A DNA stretch of 64,000 bases from Antedon mediterranea (taxonomy: Eukaryota; Animalia; Echinodermata), in assembly GCF_964355755.1 (NCBI RefSeq), contig NC_092677.1, positions 9,756,101 to 9,820,100 on the forward strand, written 5' to 3'. A program made the translations under genes and the position numbers. Below the pieces are notes generated by a model. The model did no database searches and was not told the origin of the DNA. It saw only the letters and a list, made by a program, of their open reading frames with translations. Shown here piece by piece: positions 12,867-24,449 of the stretch. Position 1 is the stretch's first letter. Each line of letters opens with the position of its first letter.

Positions 12867-12950
12867 TGTTTGAGGCGATGAATAAAAAGAGTGGTGAAAA
12901 CACCCCTAAAAAAATAGTTGAACAGTCTTTAGTACGCCGCCATCGCAAAG
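12867..12950 (-). repeat. Right arm of ~83-bp dispersed inverted repeat; contains AATAAA on + strand
   Basis: Reverse complement of 11231-11313. Confidence 0.85.
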
Positions 12951-14653
12951 AGCAATACTGCTATTCACACGGAAATTAATGTTATCAATATCGTTTTAAC
13001 AGAAATAGTATGAACCTTTACAGATGAATATTTTATATACGGGTGTATAGTCAAACTATTATAACAAAAAATATGGATATCTATAAGAATTACTTAATTT
13101 AAAAAAAATACAAAGCCAGTAGACTTTACCAGTTGATTTCTGTGTCTGTATTTCGTCTTTGGTCGGGTCTTTTGATAAGGGTTTAATCAGTAAACCTGTA
13201 AAGGATACTCGATTTGGGGGGAAGGGTGTGGCCGTAGAAAGACTGGGTGGGGACGGTGTCAACCCTACTGGGGTTATTACGTCATTACTTTGTGAAAAAT
13301 AGGTATAATCATGTCTTTAAGAAATATGATAAGATAGATAAGAAAATGTATATATTAATTTATTATTATGTATGACAAATTTTAAATACTCAATATTGTG
13401 TTTTTAAAGAAGTAATTGAGTTTAAAAAGTTTTAACGATTACGGAATATATTTTATTCGTTTTAATACAATACCAAAAGTTGGTAGAGAAAGAGTTTTAA
13501 CTTTCATAGTTCCCTCCCGTATTCATTAAAGTAAATTTTATATAGAAAGTATATGATACAGGTATAATTACAAAGTACCGATATTTTTTAAAATGGCGGA
13601 TAATCGTGTTAAAAAGTTACAGAAATATTTTATGAATAACCACTTTATGTTCGATATATTATCGTTATTTTATTCTGTTCAACTCGTCTTGAGCATTAAT
13701 ACAGTCAGGGTCAAATTATGTTTTGTACAAAAGTTGTAAATAAGTTGTATAAGAGTTTTTAAAATATGTGTTGAAACGATGATGATGTCATGTGATGTCA
13801 TCATCGCACTACCAGTTTGCATTTGTTGTGACGTATGCCAATCCCTTGCATGCATTATAGTCACAGTTTTAAACGAATTTTTGTGTGAATGCCAAATCCA
13901 ACCATGTTAACCCCAGACCGGGCCCCAGACTGGGCCCCAGACTATAATGAAAATATTTTATTTTTCCTGAGTTGTTACGTTTCTCAGTGTCCATCTTCCG
14001 TTACAGTTCTAACTGAGACGCGTCAGACGACTGTCTATACTTAGACGCTGTAATACTAATAGTATCTGTTTAGACATAATATGTCGAGTCTCAAAACTAT
14101 CAAGACGGCAACAACGCACAACGACTATCTTAGTCTAGATCAACGATTGTAAAACGTCTGTGTCAAAGGTTATCCTCCATAGCTTGATGTTATTTTGATT
14201 TTAAGCAGCATTTAATTTTTCTGGGTGACGATCATTGAGTTGTCCCTATAGTTTCTGTCCTCTGCGATCGAAAATATAACGTTTGTTAAATAAAAGTTAT
14301 TTAATTCAAATTATTATTTTATAGGTGGAAAGGGTAGATTGAACTTCTACAGGAAATATTTTAAGATTTTATTACAAAAAAATAGAAATAAACTGCACCG
14401 TGCTTTACTATCGTATAGTATGGGGCAAGACAACACTATTTCTTTCATTATTGTATTATTTTGAATTGATTTTGTCGCAAAAATATGTACCGGATAAATC
14501 TCAGAAAAAAACTGCAGTAGTACTGTAATATTGTTTCTGTACTTATGTTGTCAAAGGCAATATGAGTACGGATTTATTTGTTTATGGGTTTTTCTAGGAC
14601 GCACTGACGTATCAATGAAATCACCTTGAGACGCGCAGTTGACGCACGCTTAA

Positions 14654-14809
14654 ATCTCTTTCTACACTATATCAAACTAGTTTGACAAAAAAGTGGTGTG
14701 ATGTGCCCAAATATGGTATTGATCTGCCCATGGTATTGATATGACATCTTTATGTCCAATGCCACATCACATTTGTTGTCACATAAACTGTGACAGTGTA
14801 GCCAGAGCT
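14654..14809. mobile_element. PIF/Harbinger-type MITE, family A copy 5
   Basis: TIRs recognisable; TSD TAA/TAA. Confidence 0.8.
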
Positions 14810-15636
14810 TAAATTAAATACAATTAATATTATTAATCAGTTTTTTTGAACGCGTGTCTTAAAGTTTTCTTTACGAAGTGCAAATAGGGACTAGGAACCG
14901 TTACGTCATGTTAATTCATTGTGCGCATGCGAATACTCATGTGCTTTGTTACTCAAAATTCCTCGACACAGTTTTGACGGGTTGTAGATCCGGGAGATCC
15001 CATGTACGTACGTACGACCCATGACACGATACGCACTCGTACAATATTTTATCAGCTTTTAAACGCGTGAAGCGATTATATGCCAGCAATTTCAAGCTAT
15101 GTGCAAAGTACAACGTTACAGTTTAGGAAGTTATATAATTATGTTCTGACATGCCACTCAAGTAACCACCTGTACATTTAATTTGGTCGGCTGTGGAATC
15201 TTTTGAAGCCGGAAGAGGATCAAACTACTGTATTGGTAAGTTGCTTACGATTTTATTTTATTCTTTTAAGAAAGACATATAGAACTAAGGTGAATGTAAT
15301 CGAGAATCAAAACATTATTTAAATCGATATCTAATGAATTTCATTAATACTACAAATTATTAGCAGCTGGGCATTGCTTGTATATAGTTCGCCGCGGAGA
15401 TTCGTCTGTAATTACGTACATCTCGCTAATTCAACTTGTACTATAGCCTACTGGACGAATAAACACGGCAGTTATAACAATACCTTGATAGGTAACATTA
15501 CCATGTTTTTTGGTATAAATCGTTCATTCTGAACAAAATGGTGGATGGGCACATACTTTGTTGAGAAAGCACGAAGTGAAAAAACGAATTTTATAGATTG
15601 AGGGTAGTAAAGGACAATTTACACAGACGAGCGGTA

Positions 15637-15726
15637 TAGATACAGATTTTACGTGGAACAAGCTACGCGGTTTTCCGCTCATAGATACAGATTGTACGTG
15701 TGACAAGCTACGCGGGTTTCCGCTCA
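15637..15726. repeat. Tandem duplication ~45 bp
   Basis: ATAGATACAGATT.TACGTG..ACAAGCTACGCGG.TTTCCGCTCA twice. Confidence 0.7.
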
Positions 15727-15940
15727 CCGTTACCGCTTGTCTGTGTAATAAGGCGGAACGGGAAAGGGTAGGCCTACATGGGAATACTGTGTAAACTGTA
15801 AGCCAATTCAGCGTTTGATTTGAAAATCTTTTGGGCACACACCTTTTAGAACCGTGTATATTAGGCATACATTTGATGGTTTAATTACAATCTGTTGATA
15901 TTACAGAAATAGCCTACGCCGCACCTCCCTCTCGCCGCCA

Positions 15941-16020
15941 CTCCTTCCCGCCGCTCCTCCTTCCCGCCGCTCCTCCTTCCCGCCGCTCCTCCTTCCCGCC
16001 GCTCCTCCTTCCCGCCGCTC
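15941..16020. repeat. 16-bp GC-rich minisatellite (CTCCTTCCCGCCGCTC) x5
   Basis: Direct reading, five exact copies. Confidence 0.9.
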
Positions 16021-16364
16021 CTTCCTTTTCATTCAACACCTCTTCACAAATTTTGATTTAAAAGTTTAACAGCTCGCCCTCTATTTTCAATTATGTGAGC
16101 ACTGTAAGTTCTGAGTGTTGCTGTTAATATATAAACCTCTTTGGCTATAATTGGCCGACCATAAATAATTGTGTCAACATTACTCGATCAAGTAAATGCC
16201 ATAAATGAAATATAACAGTCGATATAAATAAATGTGATGAGATTTTCGTGGAACGTTAAATCGCTACCAATTTGACAGCTGCCGTTAACAAGAGTTGTTA
16301 CGAGTTGTTACCCAACATTGTTTTTATTTTCTTTTGGTTTTTTAAATTAATAATTCGTCTCTAA

Positions 16365-16524
16365 AGCCTTGTCTCACTACAATTTTATGTGACAAATATG
16401 TGATGTGCCCATATGGACAGGATGATGTCATATCACTACCATATTTGAGCATATCACCACCATATTTGGGCACATCACACTTTTTTGACACATAGGCCTA
16501 AAGTTTGACAGCGTAGACAGAGCT
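16365..16524. mobile_element. PIF/Harbinger-type MITE, family A copy 6
   Basis: TIRs and core; TSD TAA/TAA. Confidence 0.8.
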
Positions 16525-17764
16525 TAAGCCTATATTTTGCCAAGCCTTTGTTTGTCCTCATAAAAGAACCCGGTTGTCGCCCCTGAAATTAAGAAACATG
16601 TCCCTGATGTTATTGATGAGGCCTTCTCTTTCAACTGAACCCATTTTAATCAAAACATTCTTGCTTTTCCCAACATGGGTACTTAAACATTAATAGTCCA
16701 TGTATTAATCTTAAGAGACTTCTGATTTAACTCTGGTAATGAATATCGATTACCACGTTGTTAATGTAGTCTAGTGAGCATAGCAATACTATAATCATGA
16801 CTACAATTATTAAGAAATCAAAAGTTTTATGACGGTTCGTTTCAGTTTAAACATTCATTTCAGAAAACTAGTCTGGGTTCTATACAGTGATTTGGCTTAA
16901 TATTCGTAAAAAGAAAACATTTGGCATAAGGCTTACATGACATGTCATAACCGTTAGATTGCCTTGTCATAACTAAGAGAATCATTTTATGTCATACATG
17001 AAGCGAGACGCACGCGCGCGTACACACATAATTATGATCATGGTAAATAATAATACAACAACTATATTGCCACCATGACAAATAAAATGAACTATGAACT
17101 ATGACTGAACATTGGTAAATTGACATCCCCATCTTTGGCATTCTATTAATAGCATTAAGAAATGTTTACGTTCACGCGCAAAGTAGTTTTCCATGACCTG
17201 AACGTAGAATAAATATATTTATCTGTATTATGTTATAAAGCGATTATCGTTTTCTTGATTTAAGGCGTAAAGTTTCAGTCGGCCAATTAATGAATATATG
17301 TCATTAGTCTTACAACCATTATTCTTACAAACTACATTCTGTCTAAGCGGAGCATTAAAGTGAATTTTAGGAAATCCTTCAACATTAACAATGACGTAAC
17401 TCTTGACGTCAGCAAAGCCACCAACATTCAGATTTCTTAACCCCGGTCACAAACCATTCCTCCAATAAAGATTATAGACTTTATAATTGTCCTTCTTATT
17501 GACTGCGCGTATGTCTGTTCCTCGACGTCTGGTCCAACAAACTAACGTTTTTCCGAGCAAACATATTCATCACTTACCAACTGTCTGCTTAGAAAAAATT
17601 ACAGTGGTCAATTCAACGTTAAATGAGAGTCATTTTCTAACAATGTTGAAAAACATCCAATATTTTTATCGTCTTGAAATTAGAAGTCCGCTATCAACTA
17701 CTTGTTAGGCCTAGTTACTCCAATCACATCAATACAATGTTGTAGTTGCAGACATTTTTAAAGC

Positions 17765-18036
17765 TTACACATTTGAAACATACAGCGGTCGTTGTATCCC
17801 GAAGCAAAAACCACCTTCGTTGTTACTACAGCTCCGAATGGCCAAACGACGTCCTATGCTAGATGTGGTCGTCGTCGGTGATATTTCGTCCGGTAAATTC
17901 CGACAACGATTTGGCAAACGGAAAGAGTTTGTGTTGTTTAATATGAACATAATTGCTAGAACAATGAGAGTGACGCCTATGGCAAACACTACTGCCATTA
18001 ATTGCGATGAGGTAAATAGATCCAATGGTTTGTTTC
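17765..18036 (-). CDS. CUB-LDLa single-pass membrane protein, exon 4 (TM helix + cytoplasmic tail)
   Basis: Acceptor TTTAACAG phase 1; TM LMAVVFAIGVTLIVLAIMFIL; ends ...YVSNV*. Confidence 0.8.
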
Positions 18037-18520
18037 CTGTTAAATAAAATAACATTTTATGCATTGCTGACGTTCCATAGTTGAAGTATAGTTTACTGTA
18101 TATTATTCATCATCATCATCTCCATTTTCATCGTAATCATTGTCATAATTTTTGTTGTCGCTCTCGTAGTTCCTGATCATGACGTCATGATTAATATTAT
18201 CGTCATCAACGTCTTCAGCAGAAACTATAGTTGTTATTATTTGTTGTCTTACAGTACTACTGTATTATCTTACGAAAGTAATGTAAAGTGTATTTGTATA
18301 GTAATTTTTTGTGTATAACGTTTATGAGTAATTTTGTATAGTGTGTATAATGTTCTTATATATTTATTCGTTCTTTAAATAGTGTACAAAAAACGAATTT
18401 CCGATATGTTATATATTGGACCAAATAAATGCTGTAAGAGCAGCGCATTATTAAAAAAAAAATTAAAATGCACTGACGCCGTGTTTCATAATCAATATAA
18501 TGTACTACGTGCATGCTTAC

Positions 18521-18649
18521 CACGTAACGTGTCGCATAGTGCCTCCTCTTCGTCACTCCTATCTTGACAGTTATTACGTTCATTACACCGTAGGCAATAA
18601 TCTATACACTTCGTCGCATTGTCACATGCATAACAGCTAGGTATACTAA
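18521..18649 (-). CDS. CUB-LDLa membrane protein, exon 3 (LDL-receptor class A repeat)
   Basis: CCCCAG acceptor, G|GTAAGC donor, phase 1-1; SCYACDNATKCIDYCLRCNERNNCQDRSDEEEALC with the CxDxSDE signature; missed by ORF track. Confidence 0.85.
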
Positions 18650-18926
18650 CTGGGGAGATAGATAAAAGATAAACGCTTTATGATTGATTGATTGATTGAA
18701 ACAAATAAGGGTACAAACAGACGAACAATGTACAGGCCTAGACAATCAGGACAGCGATTTTTTTCAATATTGCAAAAGTAAAGCAGAAATCGGTGCTTTT
18801 TAAATTTGATCCTAACTCATAAAAAAGCCAAATACAAGTTGCAGACAAACAACTATATTGTCTATGTGTATATTATTTAAGTTATTTTAATGAACACAAT
18901 ACAGAATGATGAAATGAAAACCTCAC

Positions 18927-19358
18927 CAATTTGTGATTTTGTATCCCAAAACAAGCTAAAATTTAATCGTAATTCTAACGGTCCAAAGTTTTTCCGAATA
19001 GTTCTTCTTAAAATAATTCTTAAATAGTTTCCAGATGTGGTATATGGACCGGGTACATGTGAAGTGAAGTTCCCACATAGACCTTTTCGAGGTGTAAGTA
19101 AGTTAGAAGAGTCTAGTACTTTCCCGCCAATAATAGACATCCACGTTGTATCGCATTCGTTTAAATTTGCCGCCATTGCGTACAGGGAATTCAGTTGAAG
19201 ATATATCTGCATTCCTATTGGTGCTTTGAATGTGATGTCACAAGATCCTAACCCGCTGTTGGGAATCAATGTGTTTGCGGGCGCAGTGAAAGTGATCAGG
19301 CCGTCGTGCTGACTTAGTTGTATATAGCTTGCCCACTGGCAATAGTCATCAATATTTA
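18927..19358 (-). CDS. CUB-LDLa membrane protein, exon 2 (CUB domain)
   Basis: Phase 1-1, 432 nt; DYC...GLITF...SCDITFKAP..IYLQ...ECD...LCG...YTTSGNYLRI..LNFSLF has four Cys in CUB spacing. Confidence 0.85.
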
Positions 19359-20194
19359 CTATAAATATAAAATAAAACAGTTTATTAATAGTATATATTT
19401 GATAAAATAATTATTATTTTTAAAAGATACCAATTTGAAACGACGGGTTTCGTAATATTTAGCACCTTATTTAAAAATATGGTTTCGGCTTATACAGAGA
19501 GTTTTACGTCACAGTCTACATTGTCAATTCGATTTTTTTGGATGATTTGCATTCCATAGCAGTGCCAAATAGACCTGCTCATGACAATTTGGCCAATAAG
19601 TATCGTTGGCCTATACCTACCCAGCAGGCAAATCATCTAGGTTGGCTTACAAATGTATTGTCCGTTTCTTTTAGGGGGAGGGGCGCTGGGATACATACGT
19701 TCCCTACGACATACTTCAGACGATAACTGTGCTCATCAGGGTTTGTTGATTCATCACTGTCAGATTCAATAATAACATATTGTGTAAATTAAAGATTTTT
19801 ACTTTAAGCTTGACTGATTATGCACGTGCTTTATATAACCATAGGCAGACTATCTGTTTTCATTACCAGAGTCACGTGGTCATAATATACAATATCGAAT
19901 TCAAACTGTTTTCTTCATGTTCAAACTAATTCAATTCAATTGAATTAAAATCGGTGGTTAATATAGTATAGCGGTTAGGATAGGGAGAGGAGGGGTTGTA
20001 TGGAAGAGGGTGTGTAATGGGCTATGTGTAAAATAATATAGTCGGTTATTCTAATTCACTTAACGAAGTAGGGCCTAAGCATTTTACCTCACAGCCACTT
20101 AGTTTAAGAACTTGGTCTGCGAATAAATTTAAATGAGAAGAAACTAACCATCATTTTAATGCTGCAAATGTATATAAATATAACGTGCGCGTTG

Positions 20195-20344
20195 AGGCCA
20201 ACTCAGACAGCATCGACGACGAGGCCCGGCGAAACGTCTTGAATCGTCAGTGCTATCTGAGTTGAACCCCGACGAGACGAGTCGTCTTAATTAAGATTTC
20301 TCTCGACGAGACGGTTTGTCCTACGACGCTGTCTGAGTTGGTCT
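20195..20344. mobile_element. Short MITE, family B
   Basis: TIR AG(G/A)CCAACTCAGACAGC at both ends with internal GACGAGACG repeats; partial relative at ~20697-20735. Confidence 0.6.
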
Positions 20345-21518
20345 TAATATAACTATAACCAACGACTGCCTCAATAAAGTGTCTAATTCAGGTAATTTTC
20401 ATTTTTTTTAAATACAAAATAGCTGTAAAGTACCGTAAATCAAGTGTGGTGCAAGCGTTCAACAGCTTTGTTCATCATTTAACTATTTTTTCTTGCATTA
20501 TCGTCTTTGAATGTAAAAACGCGCCAAGGAAGTCGAGGAAACGAAATCAACATCTTCACTCTCTAAAACACATTATTTAACGACTAATCTTATTCAAATT
20601 AAAGAATGTAGAAGCAAAAATGTTAGTAATTCACCAACGCAAATATTGATCGTATCTAAATATCAAACCAAATGATATCAGATTTTAATTTTTTGGCGAC
20701 ACGCTGTCTGAGTTGTTTTCTCAGACGACAACGTCTCGCATAAACAACATTTTCTGGTCGATACTGAGTAAAGACAACTATACGAACATTATCACGATAG
20801 ATAATTCAAATATTAAATATTCTGATCGAGAAGACAAATTATTACAAAGTGATAGGCCTATATAGCTTAATGCTAAATAATGAACACTATATAGACCTAT
20901 TCTGTTCATGAAAGACTTTTGCAAGCATAAAAATGTAGGTCTGATGTTTCGTTTGCGTATTTTTGTGTCTCATGTATCGCCTTAAATATGATATAGGCAC
21001 CATCATGGCATGTCACATGTGAGACATGTGACACTGTTTTACAGAATATGCCTATGATACTGAACTGATTGCCATGTGGAGATGCAGTATACAGTAGAAG
21101 ACATTTTTCCAGTTAGAATTTAGGCTATTTTTTTATGTGGTTAACTTGAACAGGTTTGATAAAAGAGAATCGCGACGTTGAGAATCAGAGTTACCAGATT
21201 TTAAACATCTTTTTGTTTGTCAAATATGAAAAGAAGACAATTCGATGAAAGGCAAACCATGCGTCAGATGTTGAAACTATCGGGGGGTCAAACATCTAAA
21301 GAAATTAAGTTGAGAAGATGATTTCCCACCTGTTGAAAAACTTGTGTACTTAGGCTAGAATGATCCTCTCATCTTTCGGTAATTTCCGTTTCTAATCTTT
21401 AATTAATTGGAAATAGTGTATGAGTGAATTGGCCGACATAAATTACTTAGATGCTAAACATTATTTTTAGTTTATACTCATTGTCAGTAAAGAATTGAGT
21501 AAGGATCAAAGGCGGGGT

Positions 21519-21637
21519 TTTCACGGCCATACTGCGTTGAAACACCGGTTCTCGTCAGATCACCGAAGTTAAGCAACGTTGGGCCCGGTTGCGTTCTGGA
21601 TGGGAGACCGTCTAGAAATCGTGGCGGGTGCTGTATA
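21519..21637 (+). pseudogene. 5S rRNA-derived sequence (SINE head / pseudogene, not a functional 5S gene)
   Basis: Near full-length 5S similarity but diverged 3' third, broken terminal helix and no oligo-T terminator. Confidence 0.75.
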
Positions 21638-21857
21638 TACTGGAGAGTGATGGTGTAATGGTAATATCGGACTAGCATGTGATAGGCATGGGTTCGAGGT
21701 TATCTGTACCATACTAATTGCATCCTTAGGCAAGATGCTTTACTCTCATTGCCTAATCTGGTAGGCGCTGCACTGCTGGCTGCCATGGGTCCATGGAGGG
21801 CCTAATCCGAATTTCCTCACTGAGGACAAATATTAATACAAAATACAAATACAAATA
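21519..21857 (+). mobile_element. Chimeric SINE: 5S rRNA-derived head + tRNA-like segment + CORE-like segment + 3' tail ending in (ATACAA)n
   Basis: 21519-21637 matches metazoan 5S (ACGGCCATAC..GTTGAAACACCGGTTCTCGTC.GATCACCGAAGTTAAGCAACG); then A box TGGTGTAATGG, B box GGTTCGAGG, CCTTAGGCAAG; tail shared with 53223-53310. Confidence 0.8.
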
Positions 21858-22121
21858 TTATATTCACGCGAAAATATTTGTTGTGCATGCGAGACTACCG
21901 AAACCGGTCGTAATTGGAGATATCTGAAAAATGTGTAGCAAATCAAATGTAAGTAATATTTATCGGATTCTCCTCGTGGGAAAACAGTCTTGGCAACTCA
22001 AGCAAACTCCGTCAAGAAATGTTTTCCAAAGTGTAGAAACCAGTTAACAAAACATTGGCAAACTACAGAAAACTCGCTTTAAAAAAGCGGTTAAATTCGC
22101 TAATGTAGACTAAGCTTAAAA

Positions 22122-22230
22122 TGCTCTGCCTACACTATTAAACTAGTATGACAAAAAAGTGTGATGTGCCAAATAATTATAGTAATATGACATCATCATG
22201 TCCATATAGTTTGACAGTGTAGACAGTGCT
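22122..22230. mobile_element. PIF/Harbinger-type MITE, family A copy 7 (internally deleted)
   Basis: GCTCTGCCTACACTATTAAACTAG...AGTTTGACAGTGTAGACAGTGCT. Confidence 0.75.
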
Positions 22231-22372
22231 TAATGGTGAAACCAATTTATTAAATATTTGTTGGCTTCCTCAACTCACAAAAAGGTTATTGTCGTATTAC
22301 TACTATCTAAAAGAATATTAACTACGGACAAGTAATTTCATTGTTACAGGCATATTTGGTCAATTACGGTTG

Positions 22373-22514
22373 ATGTCTTTTTTGTGTGCAAATCTACAGC
22401 TCTATGGTACAAGCCTTGCGATGAAGAGACTAACTACTTTCCGAGCATTCACTTTCACTGTAGTGTTCCTGGCTTCCTCAACTTTGTTTTGTATGCTGAT
22501 ACTACATTTCAAAG
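22373..22514 (+). CDS. Carbohydrate sulfotransferase (CHST8-14 / Sulfotransfer_2 family), coding exon 1 (type II membrane anchor); model join(22373..22514,23230..23294,23595..24449), ~353 aa
   Basis: Acceptor TTACAG at 22349; ATG 22373 (or 22421); MKRLTTFRAFTFTVVFLASSTLFCMLILHFK; donor G|GTATGA phase 1. Confidence 0.7.
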
Positions 22515-23229
22515 GTATGAATTAAGTTTCATTATCTTTCTCTATTTTGTCGGATTTCACTCAAGTTTTATTTCTTCTATAGTCTTTATCTTTCTTACTT
22601 GTTTACTTACAGGAAAAATGTTAAATTCCTGGATAGAGGCTAGACCAGGGAAGAGTGAAATTACACTCTTTATGCCTACTGGCTAGCCAAAACGCCTCCT
22701 TGAAATTTTTTTAATTACATCTTGAAACAGGATACGGGTTTTAGTTGGAAATGTAAGGTCCACGGGAAGGGTTAAATTTACACAACCTTCCCTTGAATAT
22801 CGATATTTAGCGTCTATGTTTTGATCGTTACATTATCTCATTTAGCGGGGGCGATATTCGTCTGTCCATAGGTAGGCCTTCTGAAATCTAGAATAACTGA
22901 CATTGTAGACACCTATTTTGATTTTGTTTATATTACCACAATAAAATGAATGCGATAACGTCTCCATGTTCTGCCATTACAGAAAAAACTAAATTAACAT
23001 ATTGTAATATACTCGTCAATAGGGCCTGCTAACATCCTCCAATCTATGCCTGTTCCGTTTTTCCTGTCCCGACAGCCATTTTATCTTTTCAAGAAAGTTT
23101 CGAAAAACGGGGATAGGCCTAAGGACCGTTTTAAGAAATCAAAATAACACAATAACAATGAATGAGTTGAATATGAAGTAGACGTAAAGTTCATTACCAA
23201 TTATTCATTTGCTCAATTATATACGGTAG

Positions 23230-23294
23230 GTCTAGAGGAGGATGTTATAAGACGAAAATCTGTAATACAGCCCATGAACGTGGAAACGAACAAG
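23230..23294 (+). CDS. Carbohydrate sulfotransferase, short stem exon 2
   Basis: TAG acceptor phase 1, LEEDVIRRKSVIQPMNVETNK, donor AAG|GTAAAC phase 0 matching acceptor at 23594. Skipping it is also in frame via the CAG at 23607. Confidence 0.5.
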
Positions 23295-23594
23295 GTAAAC
23301 CGTTCAAGTTATTTTAACTATTTTTGTCATTTAAGGCGAGTTTTGATTGTCGTTCCGTTTCCATTTCACATGTGTCGTCACTAGCAACATTTATGATTCT
23401 TTTTTAAAGTCTTATAATTGTTTACCAAGCAAAATCGGAATAGTGCAGTTGTGACCAATAACGTTTGTCAGAAAATAGGCCTATTTTTGTTTTAATGACC
23501 TTTAGAAAGTTTATAACAAAATTGTTGGTAAAGATTCATCAATAAATCATGAAAAAAACTTGTAAAAACGACTTATATTATTTTCTTTGACAAG

Positions 23595-24449
23595 TGTACA
23601 ATAACAGCGGCGGATCTGGATAATTTCATGTCTAAGTACCGAATCATCCACGAACTTCGAGCAAATCATACCATGCAAATGTGTAAAAAATATGAAGCAG
23701 ATATACCGAAAATGACGCATTTACCACATCTTCTAGTTGATGAAAAGTACAAGTTAGTGTACTGCCAGATACCTAAAGCCGCAAGCACAACTTGGAGTAG
23801 AGTATTCCTGTATTTAAAAGGCTATGTGGATTACCCACACGCTCTAGCATTGTCCCGTCGTTCAGTCAACACTGCATGGAAATCCAAGATCCCACAACTA
23901 CATAAGTATTCTCCAGAGAAACAGAAAGAGATACTAGAAACATACACAAAATTCATGTTTGTACGGCACCCCTTCTCCCGCTTATTATCCGCTTTCAACG
24001 ATAAATTAAAAGCCAGCAAAAACAAAACAACAGCTATGCAGAATCAAGTAGGGAAACGAATCATACATAAGTTTCGACTTAAGTCTAACATCAGCGAAAC
24101 ATATGATATTCGATTTGAAGAATTTTTTGAGTTTGTGATTTCAGAGATGCGCGCAACAGACAATGCGCACTGGAGAGCAGCGCACAGGTTATGTTTCCCT
24201 TGTGAAATACATTACGACATTATTGGGAAGTTGGAAGACGTTGACAACGACGCAAAATATATTTTGAAAAAAAGTGGCGCTGGTCACGTGCATTTTCCGG
24301 GAACCTCCGGTTCGTATTTTACCAACAGTTCTCACCTAGATAAACTTCGAAAGCATTTATCACGTGTGTCACCTCCTCACATTGCAGCGTTTTACAACAA
24401 ATATAGGTTTGATTTTACCTTATTTGATTATGAAATACCAACAATTTGA
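23595..24449 (+). CDS. Carbohydrate sulfotransferase (CHST11-like), catalytic exon
   Basis: 5'-PSB motif YCQIPKAASTTW, 3'-PB motif FMFVRHPFSRLLSAF, HW..LCFPC..YDIIGKLE, C-terminal DFTLFDY. Confidence 0.93.
   Translation, partial: CTITAADLDNFMSKYRIIHELRANHTMQMCKKYEADIPKMTHLPHLLVDEKYKLVYCQIPKAASTTWSRVFLYLKGYVDYPHALALSRRSVNTAWKSKIPQLHKYSPEKQKEILETYTKFMFVRHPFSRLLSAFNDKLKASKNKTTAMQNQVGKRIIHKFRLKSNISETYDIRFEEFFEFVISEMRATDNAHWRAAHRLCFPCEIHYDIIGKLEDVDNDAKYILKKSGAGHVHFPGTSGSYFTNSSHLDKLRKHLSRVSPPHIAAFYNKYRFDFTLFDYEIPTI

Noticed and set aside
21519-21637. Functional 5S rRNA gene
   Set aside because: Diverged 3' part, no T-run terminator, single copy fused to SINE body
21641-21710. Functional tRNA gene
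   Set aside because: A and B boxes are present but no convincing cloverleaf; part of the SINE
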